56,006 nucleotides of DNA, taken from the IMG/VR virus record IMGVR_UViG_3300038856_000078, positions 1 to 56,006 of that record; one strand, written 5' to 3'. The position numbers and the translations under genes are program-made. The notes beneath the pieces are model-generated. The model searched no databases. It was given only the letters and a program-made list of their open reading frames with translations, and was not told where the DNA came from. Positions 38,372 to 46,868 of this stretch are shown here, in pieces; position 1 is the stretch's first letter, and every line of letters begins with the position of its first letter. Origin of the DNA: a virus. Taxonomy: Duplodnaviria > Caudoviricetes.

Positions 38372-39535
38372 ATGCCTGACCAGATGACGACCGACCAGGC
38401 GTTCGAAGACATTTTTGACAATCTCGGGGAAGAGGATGCCCCGGAGCCCGAGGAGGAGGAGCAGGAGGCCGAACCTGAGGTTAAAGAGGAAGAGCCTGAG
38501 GAAAAGGAGGAGAAATCCGAAGATGAGGAGGAAGACGACGCGGAGGAGGATACAGAAGAGGACACTGACGAGGACGAAGATTCTGACGAAGAAGAGGCTC
38601 TGGAAGAGGAATCTGAAGAAAAAAGTGAAAAAGATGTTGACATTAATGTCGAAGAGTTGTACAATGAGTGGCAGGATTCCCCACAGAAGATTACGATTGA
38701 CGGCGAAGAATTAGAGGTTACCCCGAAGCAGGCGCTGGAGGATTACCAACGTAAAGAGGCTTCGGACAAGAGGTTTAGAGAGGGCGCGGAGGCCAAGAAG
38801 AGTGCCCAGACGTTCTGGGAGCGCATCTTGGAGGACCCGGGCGAGGCTCTCGTCGACCGAATTGTAGATGATTATTGCGAGGGCGACAGGGTCAAGGCCC
38901 GCGCCGCGGTGGTTCAGACTCTCCTTGAGTGGATGGAGCCTGAGCGAGAGGCCGCGGCAATCGACGATGAGAAAGAAAAAGAGCTCTACTACCGCGAACA
39001 CGCACTTAAAGTCAAGCAGCAGGAGAGCGAGCGACAGGAAAATCTGCGTCTTACCAAGGCAGAGCGCGAGGCAGACGCAGAATTTGCTACAAATCTGAAT
39101 AAGGAGCTTCTTAAGGCTTTCGAGAATAACTCCCTACCCACCGAAGGAAAGGAATCGCGACCTCTCTGGAATCGGGCGGGCATACTTCTTCAAGCGTTTA
39201 AAGACGAGCTTCCTTCGTACGTGCAGGGCGATGTTGGGGCGGCAAGGCGAGAAATCGTCAAGAATGCCCAGGACATTGTCAAGCAAATCGCTGCGGAACG
39301 AGACCAGGTACTCAAGGAATACATTTCGACTCTATCTCCGGACGAGCTCGAAAAGCGATTCCCTGAGAAAGCCAAGGAACTCAAGAAGGAGCGAGTAGAG
39401 AAGGCTAAGGCTAAGCGTTCCACTAAGAAAAAGGGGAACGTCAAGAAGAAACAGAAGACGAAGCCTCGGAAAAAGGAGAAATCAACCTCCACCGAGGATT
39501 TCTTCGGAAGTCTTCTGGATAACATTGAAGACTAA
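38372..39535 (+). CDS. Scaffolding protein
   Basis: Very acidic N-terminus, KITIDGEELEVT..QALEDYQR motif, located between portal and MCP. Confidence 0.8.
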   Translation: MPDQMTTDQAFEDIFDNLGEEDAPEPEEEEQEAEPEVKEEEPEEKEEKSEDEEEDDAEEDTEEDTDEDEDSDEEEALEEESEEKSEKDVDINVEELYNEWQDSPQKITIDGEELEVTPKQALEDYQRKEASDKRFREGAEAKKSAQTFWERILEDPGEALVDRIVDDYCEGDRVKARAAVVQTLLEWMEPEREAAAIDDEKEKELYYREHALKVKQQESERQENLRLTKAEREADAEFATNLNKELLKAFENNSLPTEGKESRPLWNRAGILLQAFKDELPSYVQGDVGAARREIVKNAQDIVKQIAAERDQVLKEYISTLSPDELEKRFPEKAKELKKERVEKAKAKRSTKKKGNVKKKQKTKPRKKEKSTSTEDFFGSLLDNIED

Positions 39536-39547
39536 ATAGGGAGAATC

Positions 39548-40816
39548 ATGGCGACTACGAATACCACTGTTGAAATGGGTGGCATCTTTAAGCAGGTCTA
39601 TGGAGATGCTGTTCAGAGAGCTTATCCCAATGGTGTCCGACTGATTAAGGACATTAAGTTCGATAAGGCCAACCAGATTGGTGCGGCCTACAACATTCCT
39701 GTCGTTCTCACGCATGAGAATGGCTTTACCTTGAAAGCCTCGGGCAGCACCGATGCCTTTGATATTCTTGACCCCGCGGTCGGCGTCTCGAAGAATGCGA
39801 CTGTCGATGCGGCTCAGATTGTGCTCTCCAGCGAGCTCAACTACGAGGCTGCGGCGAAGGCGGCTTCGGCTGGCAAGCGAGCCTTTGTCAAGGCCACGTC
39901 CCATGTCGTGCGGAACATGACTGATTCCCACAAGAAGATGCTCGAGGTCCAGGCCCTCTACGGCCAGCAGGACATCGGCGTCGTGGGCACGGATAGTGGC
40001 TCCGGAGTCTATAAGATTTCGGCGGCTACGTGGGCTCCTGGTATTTGGGCCGGACTTGAGAATGGACGCCTTGACGCCCTGAAGTCTGACCTTACCACGC
40101 CAGAGGCTACGAATGGTCCGTTTCCTAATGCTGCGGTTACCAGCGTTGACATGACTGCTCGTACTGTGACATTTGCTTCGGATTCTACTGACGTGGTTGC
40201 AGGGTATCGCTTCTTCTTCGAGAATGCTTGCGCTCCTTCGGCTACCCCGACATTCAACGAGAACCTTGGTATCCACAAGGCGCTGACGACCTCGGGTTCG
40301 GTCTTCGGGATTTCGAACTCGACGTACAACCTCTGGAAGCCTGCTTCGACGAATGCGGGCGGCCAGCTTCAGTTCGACCACATTCAGGAGACGGCGGCTC
40401 GGATTGCGGAAAAGGGCGGCATCAACGGAAAGTTGAAGTGCTACGTGTCGAACCTGACGTGGATTGACCTTCTGGGCGACCAGGCTGCGCTTCGTCGGTA
40501 CGATGGCGGAGAGGGCAAGTCTGGGGCTTATGTGTCCGGTGCTGAGGAAATCGTCTTCCACACCGCTACGGGTCCTGTGAGTATTGTTCCCAGTATCTAT
40601 GTGAAGCGAGGCTTTGCGTATATGCTCGACACCGGTTGCTGGAGTCGAATTGGCTCTTGGGACTTTGGTTTCGGCGACCCGATCTCTGGTGAGATTTTCC
40701 ACCGTCTCGAGTCGAAGGCTGGCGTTGACCTGCGGTCGTATTCCGCGGTGTCAGTGTTCTGCAGGTCTTTGGGTCGGAATGGAATTATTACCGGCATCGT
40801 CAACAGCGCGTCGTAA
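39548..40816 (+). CDS. Major capsid protein
   Basis: 422 aa after the scaffold; strong SD; biased codon usage; followed by a terminator. Confidence 0.85.
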   Translation: MATTNTTVEMGGIFKQVYGDAVQRAYPNGVRLIKDIKFDKANQIGAAYNIPVVLTHENGFTLKASGSTDAFDILDPAVGVSKNATVDAAQIVLSSELNYEAAAKAASAGKRAFVKATSHVVRNMTDSHKKMLEVQALYGQQDIGVVGTDSGSGVYKISAATWAPGIWAGLENGRLDALKSDLTTPEATNGPFPNAAVTSVDMTARTVTFASDSTDVVAGYRFFFENACAPSATPTFNENLGIHKALTTSGSVFGISNSTYNLWKPASTNAGGQLQFDHIQETAARIAEKGGINGKLKCYVSNLTWIDLLGDQAALRRYDGGEGKSGAYVSGAEEIVFHTATGPVSIVPSIYVKRGFAYMLDTGCWSRIGSWDFGFGDPISGEIFHRLESKAGVDLRSYSAVSVFCRSLGRNGIITGIVNSAS

Positions 40817-40827
40817 AGCTAAGATCT

Positions 40828-40871
40828 TTGGTGGAGAGGCGTGTGAACAACGTCTCTCCACCAACTCTTTT
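40828..40871 (+). terminator. Rho-independent terminator after MCP
   Basis: TTGGTGGAGAG...CTCTCCACCAA stem followed by CTCTTTT. Confidence 0.8.
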
Positions 40872-40882
40872 AAGGAGACAAT

Positions 40883-41323
40883 ATGGGAACATACGTTATT
40901 CCTCCTGCTGATCTTGGCATTGACGACGTAAGTCTTAAGGTCACGACCAGCAACACGTCGAACATCTTTGACGTGAGCAGGGCTTATACTTTCACTGCAA
41001 TTGTTGACATCACAGAAACCGGAACTCCGGCAGCAGGAGCAGCGTCTCTTGTTGCAAACGTCATGGACGGGATTGGCTCGAGTGCCTCAATCATCTACTC
41101 CGTAGACCTTCTCACTGGAATCGACATTCAGACTAACGGAGACCAGAACGTCGTTACGTTTGGGGCAGGAGTTAACGGCGCGAAGACTGGAAGCGGCACA
41201 ATTGGCACAGCAATCGACGTGCTAAAGGCGGTTGAGTTCTTGCAGCTCGACCTAATTGCCACCACTGCAAGCGATGGTACTACGTGTACGGGAGACGTCA
41301 CTCTAATCGTTGAGCAACTCTAA
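40883..41323 (+). CDS. Virion protein (decoration-like)
   Basis: Thr/Gly-rich beta protein immediately after MCP. Confidence 0.6.
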   Translation: MGTYVIPPADLGIDDVSLKVTTSNTSNIFDVSRAYTFTAIVDITETGTPAAGAASLVANVMDGIGSSASIIYSVDLLTGIDIQTNGDQNVVTFGAGVNGAKTGSGTIGTAIDVLKAVEFLQLDLIATTASDGTTCTGDVTLIVEQL

Positions 41324-42600
41324 TGGGCACAGACCGAAAACTCTTCGACCAAGGTACTGTCCAGTTCTTCGAAGCTACGGCTAACGGGGTCAATAAGGCG
41401 ACAGTCCAGGCCCCAGCTACGCTTGCTGCGGACTACACGCTTACTCTGCCGGTTGACGACGGCGGCGCTAACGAGTTTCTCAAGACAGATGGCTCTGGTG
41501 TGCTCTCTTGGGGCACGAGTACCGCAACCCTTGATTCGGCATATGATAATGGTAGCACAATCACTGCGGATGCTGGTCAAGTAGAGATAAACGGTAATGG
41601 CAACGTTGGGCTGTTCCTAAATCAGGATTCAGACCATGCTGCGTTATCTGTTGACTCTGAAGCTACCGGCTCTCCACTATTATTGCTGGCCGCAATCAAT
41701 GGCAATTCTCGAGGAGATATCGCACTTGGCACTGCTCGTACCGGAGACCCGTCATCTCCCAGTGAGGGTGACATTTGGTACAACTCGACTGATAAGAACC
41801 TCTATGTTCGTACCGACGCAGCGAGTATAGACCTTACTCAGCAAAATACAGATACTCAGAATGATCTGGATGGCGCGTATACGGATGGACAGTCTATCAC
41901 GGTAGATTCCGGAGCCATTGCCATCTCTGGTAGTGCGACTTCTTTGATGGACCTCACGCAATCAGGCGACTTTGCAGGCGCAACGATTACAAAAACAGGT
42001 GTAGGAGCCGGTCGTGTTTTATCTATTGAAGATGACGGTACAGGTGGAGCAGCATTCCTGAACCAAGATGGGAACGCTATCGCCTTGGAGATTGACTCCG
42101 AGGCTACAGGGCAACCTTTACTCAGCCTATCTGCAGCAGCGGCAAACTCACGCGGCGATATTACTTTCGGAACTGCTCGACTTAATCCGGCTTCTTCTCC
42201 TGTTGAGTCTGACATTTGGTATGACGGAAGTGAGCACCGTTGGGAAGGGTATACCGGATCAGGCAACTACACATTGGGTGGTGCTTTTAATATGACACCT
42301 GGCCCGGGTACTGCTATTCAATTATCTTCTGGAGTCTTAACACTTACGCAATCTTATTGTTTTGTAACCTCTGAATCTGGTGCTACGGATGACTTAGATA
42401 CAATCACTGCAGCAGACTCTAACACAGGAGATATTATTGTGTTGCGTCCCACAAGTGGGGATACGATTACAGTTAAGCATGGCACGGGCAATATTACACT
42501 TTCTGGAGGTGCAGATCGAGTTTTAACGCCTGCCAACGGTAGTAGTATCATGCTTCAGAATACGGGTGGTAATTGGAATGAGGTTTCGTATACAGCATGA
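41323..42600 (+). CDS. Fiber-like virion protein with internal duplication
   Basis: YTLTLP.DDG....LKTDGSGVLSW fiber motif; duplicated LD.AY...NQD...DSEATG...NSRGDI..GTAR...DIWY block. Confidence 0.7.
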   Translation: MGTDRKLFDQGTVQFFEATANGVNKATVQAPATLAADYTLTLPVDDGGANEFLKTDGSGVLSWGTSTATLDSAYDNGSTITADAGQVEINGNGNVGLFLNQDSDHAALSVDSEATGSPLLLLAAINGNSRGDIALGTARTGDPSSPSEGDIWYNSTDKNLYVRTDAASIDLTQQNTDTQNDLDGAYTDGQSITVDSGAIAISGSATSLMDLTQSGDFAGATITKTGVGAGRVLSIEDDGTGGAAFLNQDGNAIALEIDSEATGQPLLSLSAAAANSRGDITFGTARLNPASSPVESDIWYDGSEHRWEGYTGSGNYTLGGAFNMTPGPGTAIQLSSGVLTLTQSYCFVTSESGATDDLDTITAADSNTGDIIVLRPTSGDTITVKHGTGNITLSGGADRVLTPANGSSIMLQNTGGNWNEVSYTA

Positions 42601-43052
42601 GCACTTCAAAAACACTCCACGCTGACACAGTACTGGTTCCTGAGACGGACGAGGTTGATTGGGGAGCGGAGGTTTCTGCGTTCCTTGCTACGCTGATTGA
42701 AGACGCGGACGCCTCGACTTTTCAGGATGCAGACGGAAACGTCTTCAACCGAATCCAGTGGACCACGGCGACGATTGCAGACGGCGGGGAGCTTACCCCA
42801 GCAACTACGGGCTACCGTCTCGCAGGAGACGGAGGCGCGGCGACTCTTGATGGGACGACCGCGATTACGGACGGGGAGAAGGACGGCCAGATTCTCATCA
42901 TCAAGGGGACCAGCGACACCAACACCGTGACTATAGACACCGGAGCGAACACCGACCTAAATGGGCAGATTGTCCTTGACGACGGTGGAATGATTCACCT
43001 CGTGTGGGATTCAACGAGCTCTGCGTGGGTTGAAATTAACAGGAATTCATAA
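42597..43052 (+). CDS. Virion structural protein
   Basis: Acidic, Thr/Gly-rich; C-terminal domain resembles that of the preceding gene. Confidence 0.6.
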   Translation: MSTSKTLHADTVLVPETDEVDWGAEVSAFLATLIEDADASTFQDADGNVFNRIQWTTATIADGGELTPATTGYRLAGDGGAATLDGTTAITDGEKDGQILIIKGTSDTNTVTIDTGANTDLNGQIVLDDGGMIHLVWDSTSSAWVEINRNS

Positions 43053-43063
43053 AGGAGACAGAT

Positions 43064-43126
43064 ATGCCCTGTGGAAACAAGCACGGAATGAAGCCCAAGA
43101 AAAAGGGTAAGAAGAAAAAGAAGTAG
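43064..43126 (+). CDS. 20 aa lysine-rich peptide
   Basis: AAAGGAG SD; MPCGNKHGMKPKKKGKKKKK. Confidence 0.55.
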   Translation: MPCGNKHGMKPKKKGKKKKK

Positions 43127-43128
43127 TT

Positions 43129-43698
43129 ATGGCTGACCCAAAAGAGAAGCACAGAACATACTTCAAGCAGCCCACGCTCCGCGAAAAGGCCGCGATGCGA
43201 AAGTTGGAGAGACGACAAGAGCGGGAGGCAAAGGAGCGGGAGGCACGCCGTAAGGCACGAGAAGAAAAGAAGAGAAAGGAGGAAGAGGAAAAGAAGAGGC
43301 AGGAGGAGGAGTATCAACGGGACAAGGCTGCGTACGAGGCGCGTAAGAAGAAAGAGGAGTCTCCGGCTCAGCAGAAGGCTGTACAAGGTGTTGTAGAATC
43401 AACGCGGCCACTAAAGCCGGAAACAAAGCCTAAGCCAAAACCAAAACCTTTGGTAAAGACAGAAGAAAAACCAAAGGTAACGCCAAAGCCAGAAAGTAGT
43501 AATCTTCTTCTACAACTACTTAAAGGTAAAGAGGAGAAGAAAGAACCTACCCCAATGGAAGTAATTGTCGATAAGAAACCGAAGTCAACCGCAAGGCAAG
43601 GGTCTGGGCGAAGTAGTTCAGACAGCGGCAGGACTTCAAAAACCAACAAACGAAGGAGACGACCGGATGCGAATCGAACCAGAGAAACGACATATTAA
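43129..43698 (+). CDS. Low-complexity basic/charged protein
   Basis: K/E/R-rich coiled coil plus KP repeats. Confidence 0.55.
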   Translation: MADPKEKHRTYFKQPTLREKAAMRKLERRQEREAKEREARRKAREEKKRKEEEEKKRQEEEYQRDKAAYEARKKKEESPAQQKAVQGVVESTRPLKPETKPKPKPKPLVKTEEKPKVTPKPESSNLLLQLLKGKEEKKEPTPMEVIVDKKPKSTARQGSGRSSSDSGRTSKTNKRRRRPDANRTRETTY

Positions 43699-44200
43699 GT
43701 ACGACAAGGACCCCGACGTCCTTAAGATTTCTAAGGCGACTACTATTGAATCAGGGGACCTCACGCTTACGACGGGAGACCTTGTCCTGTCAGCAGGAGA
43801 CATCACCCAGACTGGTGACCTCGCGGTGACAGGGGACATTGCAATTACTGGAGGGCCCCTGACCCAGACGGTACAATATGCAACTGTTGCAGACCCGGGG
43901 GACGGAATGACTATTACTCCTCCAGCAGATACCCCCAGATTCTATTGTCCTATTACGACGGCCGGCTCTGAAACTCGAGTTCTTGGAGCACCAGACCATC
44001 TTGGACAGGTTGCTATTCTTCGTATTGTATCAGACGGAGGCTCGCTTGCCATGACCAATGCGTCTGGTTGGAAGGGTGGAACTACTTCTGATGATGTTGC
44101 TACTTTTGCGGAAGCGGAAGACGTGATGATTTGTGTTGCTGCAGGCTTGGACGCCGTTGATTGGCGCTGGATTGCTGACGTCGGCGTCACCTTCGCGTAA
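43667..44200 (+). CDS. Virion structural protein
   Basis: SD AAGGAG; GDL.LT repeats (beta-helix/fiber-like). Confidence 0.6.
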   Translation: MRIEPEKRHIKYDKDPDVLKISKATTIESGDLTLTTGDLVLSAGDITQTGDLAVTGDIAITGGPLTQTVQYATVADPGDGMTITPPADTPRFYCPITTAGSETRVLGAPDHLGQVAILRIVSDGGSLAMTNASGWKGGTTSDDVATFAEAEDVMICVAAGLDAVDWRWIADVGVTFA

Positions 44201-44363
44201 TGGCTAACTACACGCTAAGAGTTGAAGAAGTGCTTGGGCTCACGGAGCTTCAAACACTTCTTCAAACCATCTCGACTGGCGAGGGACTTGCTCTTCGAGA
44301 CATAAAAATCAATTCTACGCCCCGAGAGGGGCGGTATGTAGTATCCTGGGAGGAGAAAGTTTA

Positions 44364-44660
44364 ATGCCTACTGTCACTTTTGATTCTGTCTTTTCGTGGA
44401 ACGCGGTGTCCGGAGCCGCGGGCTATCAGGTTCGAGCTCTGGATGCAGTCAACAATGTTCTTACCCCAGCGCCTGGTGTTGTGGACGTCGGTCTCAGCAC
44501 CTCGGTTAGCGTCAACACGCTGCTCGCTGGGCAGTCCCCTGGGACGTATAAGCTCCAGGTTCGAGCCGTAGAGGCCGGGGGTGCGAACCCAACTGGATTC
44601 TCGTCTCTCGACGTGGACCTCGTTGGTTTGGCTGCTCCTACAGGACTTACCGTCGCGTAA
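44364..44660 (+). CDS. Fibronectin type III-like virion protein
   Basis: SWNAVSGAAGYQV...GTYKLQVRAV...APTGLTV. Confidence 0.75.
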   Translation: MPTVTFDSVFSWNAVSGAAGYQVRALDAVNNVLTPAPGVVDVGLSTSVSVNTLLAGQSPGTYKLQVRAVEAGGANPTGFSSLDVDLVGLAAPTGLTVA

Positions 44661-44662
44661 CC

Positions 44663-44926
44663 ATGACACCGACTAAGCGTATTAATAAATGTCTACTCAT
44701 AATCGTTGGGCTCGTGCTTGGGGAGGGGGTGGTCCTATACGCGGCAGGCATCGGGCAAGAAGGCTTAATCGACCAGTTGCGGGCTGATATCGACCTGATT
44801 CTTGGAGTTTCAGGAGCAATGATTGCTGGGCTCGTAACTACAATCGGCATTCTGTGGCAATCACTTAGAGCGAGCCAGAATGAGTTCATTGAAACCCTTA
44901 AAGACCTAAAGGACAAAGATGACTGA
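44663..44926 (+). CDS. Holin-like 2-TM protein
   Basis: Two TM helices and a charged C-tail, in the late operon. Confidence 0.4.
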   Translation: MTPTKRINKCLLIIVGLVLGEGVVLYAAGIGQEGLIDQLRADIDLILGVSGAMIAGLVTTIGILWQSLRASQNEFIETLKDLKDKDD

Positions 44927-45084
44927 CCCCCTTCTAACTATTCCCAAGAGCACGGCTCAGGCTGTTCTCGACGCAATTTTTGAGACAAAAGCTGGAAAGG
45001 CTGGCTACCTATTGGGTACTACCTTGCAGGAGAAGCCTCGTACAGAGAACGAGATTCTACAGGAACACCAGGTTGAGAAGTTGA

Positions 45085-46029
45085 ATGGCTAAGCTATGGA
45101 CCACTGAGCAAGAAATCGCTGAAGTCCGGCGAATCGGGGCATTTAATGACGTCGAGTCGGAGGGTAAAGCCGATGCGGACATCATTAATGCCCTCGACCT
45201 CGTTATGATGGATGAGTTGGTTCCCAGCCTGAACCTCTTGCAGGAAGAGTACCTTGTTCGAAACCACGTAGTAACGACCACCGCAAATCAAGAATTTGTG
45301 GACGTTCCGAGCCGTGCTGTTGCCGGTATGCTTCGCGATATCTGGATTTCAGGTACCGATGGAGAGGGCCGGCGACTCCTTCCCATGATTGGGCGAGAGA
45401 ACAGGCCGTTCTACGATAACGACGCGGCGAGCTATCCTGCGGGATTCTATATGCAGGGCGACCATATTGTTCTCGTGCCTAAGATTTCTGGAGCCAAGAC
45501 TCTTCAGCTTTCATACATGTTCCGACCGGGGCAGCTCGTGAAGAGTAGTGCTTATCGCACAGTTTCGTCTGTGGACTCCACGACGAGCATTACGGTTGAT
45601 TCGACTGTTCCCACTGCATGGACCACGGCCAACACATTCGACGTCCACAGCCCGAAGTCTGGGGCCGAGAACCGAGTGTTTGATTATGGGGCAGGCACCG
45701 TGTCGGGCACGACCATCACCTTCTCGGCAGCGATTGACGGCTCCGCAACCAATACCTTTGCGGTGGAGGTTGGGGACTATGTGTGCCTCGCGGAGACCGC
45801 GGCTGTTCCCTCGTTGCCCAGAGAGCTCCACCCTGTATTGGCGCAGGCTGCGGCATGCAGGCTCCTTGAATCGGATGGGGACGCCGTAGCGCTCCAGATT
45901 GCGAGGCAGACCCTTGCGCGTCAGATTCAGGCGTTCACGCGTATGGCGGATTCTCGAGTCGAGGGCAAGCCCCACAAGACGCCAAATCGAAACTCGTTCC
46001 TTAGCAGACAGTACGGAGGCAGGTGGTAA
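45085..46029 (+). CDS. Head-tail adaptor / tail tubular protein A-like
   Basis: Position; helical N-terminus, P..FY....IVLVP, LP.ELH.VL..AA motifs. Confidence 0.65.
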   Translation: MAKLWTTEQEIAEVRRIGAFNDVESEGKADADIINALDLVMMDELVPSLNLLQEEYLVRNHVVTTTANQEFVDVPSRAVAGMLRDIWISGTDGEGRRLLPMIGRENRPFYDNDAASYPAGFYMQGDHIVLVPKISGAKTLQLSYMFRPGQLVKSSAYRTVSSVDSTTSITVDSTVPTAWTTANTFDVHSPKSGAENRVFDYGAGTVSGTTITFSAAIDGSATNTFAVEVGDYVCLAETAAVPSLPRELHPVLAQAAACRLLESDGDAVALQIARQTLARQIQAFTRMADSRVEGKPHKTPNRNSFLSRQYGGRW

Positions 46030-46868
46030 TGGGTCTTTCAAACTATCTTTCAAATCTAAGACACTTTTACTATGGGGCAGGGACCGCGGGCCTTATTGAT
46101 GTAGTTGGAAGTGCAGACTGGACCGAGCAGGGAACCGTGGGCCTTAACTCATCGGACGGCCCACCTCCCGCCGCGGGCGGAACTTCTCGCGGTCCGTGTG
46201 ACTCGACCACCACGGGATTCTCAAGGTCGCCCACGGGGGACTATTTAGACCTTCGGTCTACGACCGATATCACTATGTTCGCGTGGGCAAGGCTCGATTC
46301 CCGCTCGACGTCTCAGGAGCTTTTCGGGTGGTGGACCGGAACGGCGAACGAGCAGGCCCTGCTTTACAGGTATGACCACTCCTTTGAGACGCCAATCCTC
46401 CTGGCGCAAGGAAATACGAACAACATTTCGACCGGCCCTGGTGCTATCAACCTCTGGCAAGACACGGGGGCGAACGCTTGGCACTTTTGCGGATGGTCGT
46501 ATAACACTTCGACGGACAAAATCACACATTGCTTTGACGACAACATTCTGACTGCCGCCGATGACTTCGGGAACTTCTCTCACTCCGTTCTCACGCCGGC
46601 CCGGATTGGCGTTACGGTGTCGGGCGTTTCAGGCGCGGGCCTCAAAGGAGATGTGGCATACGTCAACGTCTTTGACTACGCATTTGATGAGAGTGATTGG
46701 TCCTATTTCTATAATGGTGGGAACGGGAGACCTTACCCAGACCAGTACGTAAGGCCTGTTACCGGGCTATTTCCTGTGGTCGCGAAGTCTTTTTTAATAA
46801 GAAAAGACGCGGCTGTGAAAAATGAACACAATAGAGTCTTTTTAGATGCCGCCAAAAGAAGAACTTGA
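46029..46868 (+). CDS. LamG/concanavalin A-like lectin domain virion protein
   Basis: DITMFAW, WHFCGWSY, LKGDVAYVNVFDYAF...YNGG.G. Confidence 0.75.
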   Translation: MGLSNYLSNLRHFYYGAGTAGLIDVVGSADWTEQGTVGLNSSDGPPPAAGGTSRGPCDSTTTGFSRSPTGDYLDLRSTTDITMFAWARLDSRSTSQELFGWWTGTANEQALLYRYDHSFETPILLAQGNTNNISTGPGAINLWQDTGANAWHFCGWSYNTSTDKITHCFDDNILTAADDFGNFSHSVLTPARIGVTVSGVSGAGLKGDVAYVNVFDYAFDESDWSYFYNGGNGRPYPDQYVRPVTGLFPVVAKSFLIRKDAAVKNEHNRVFLDAAKRRT

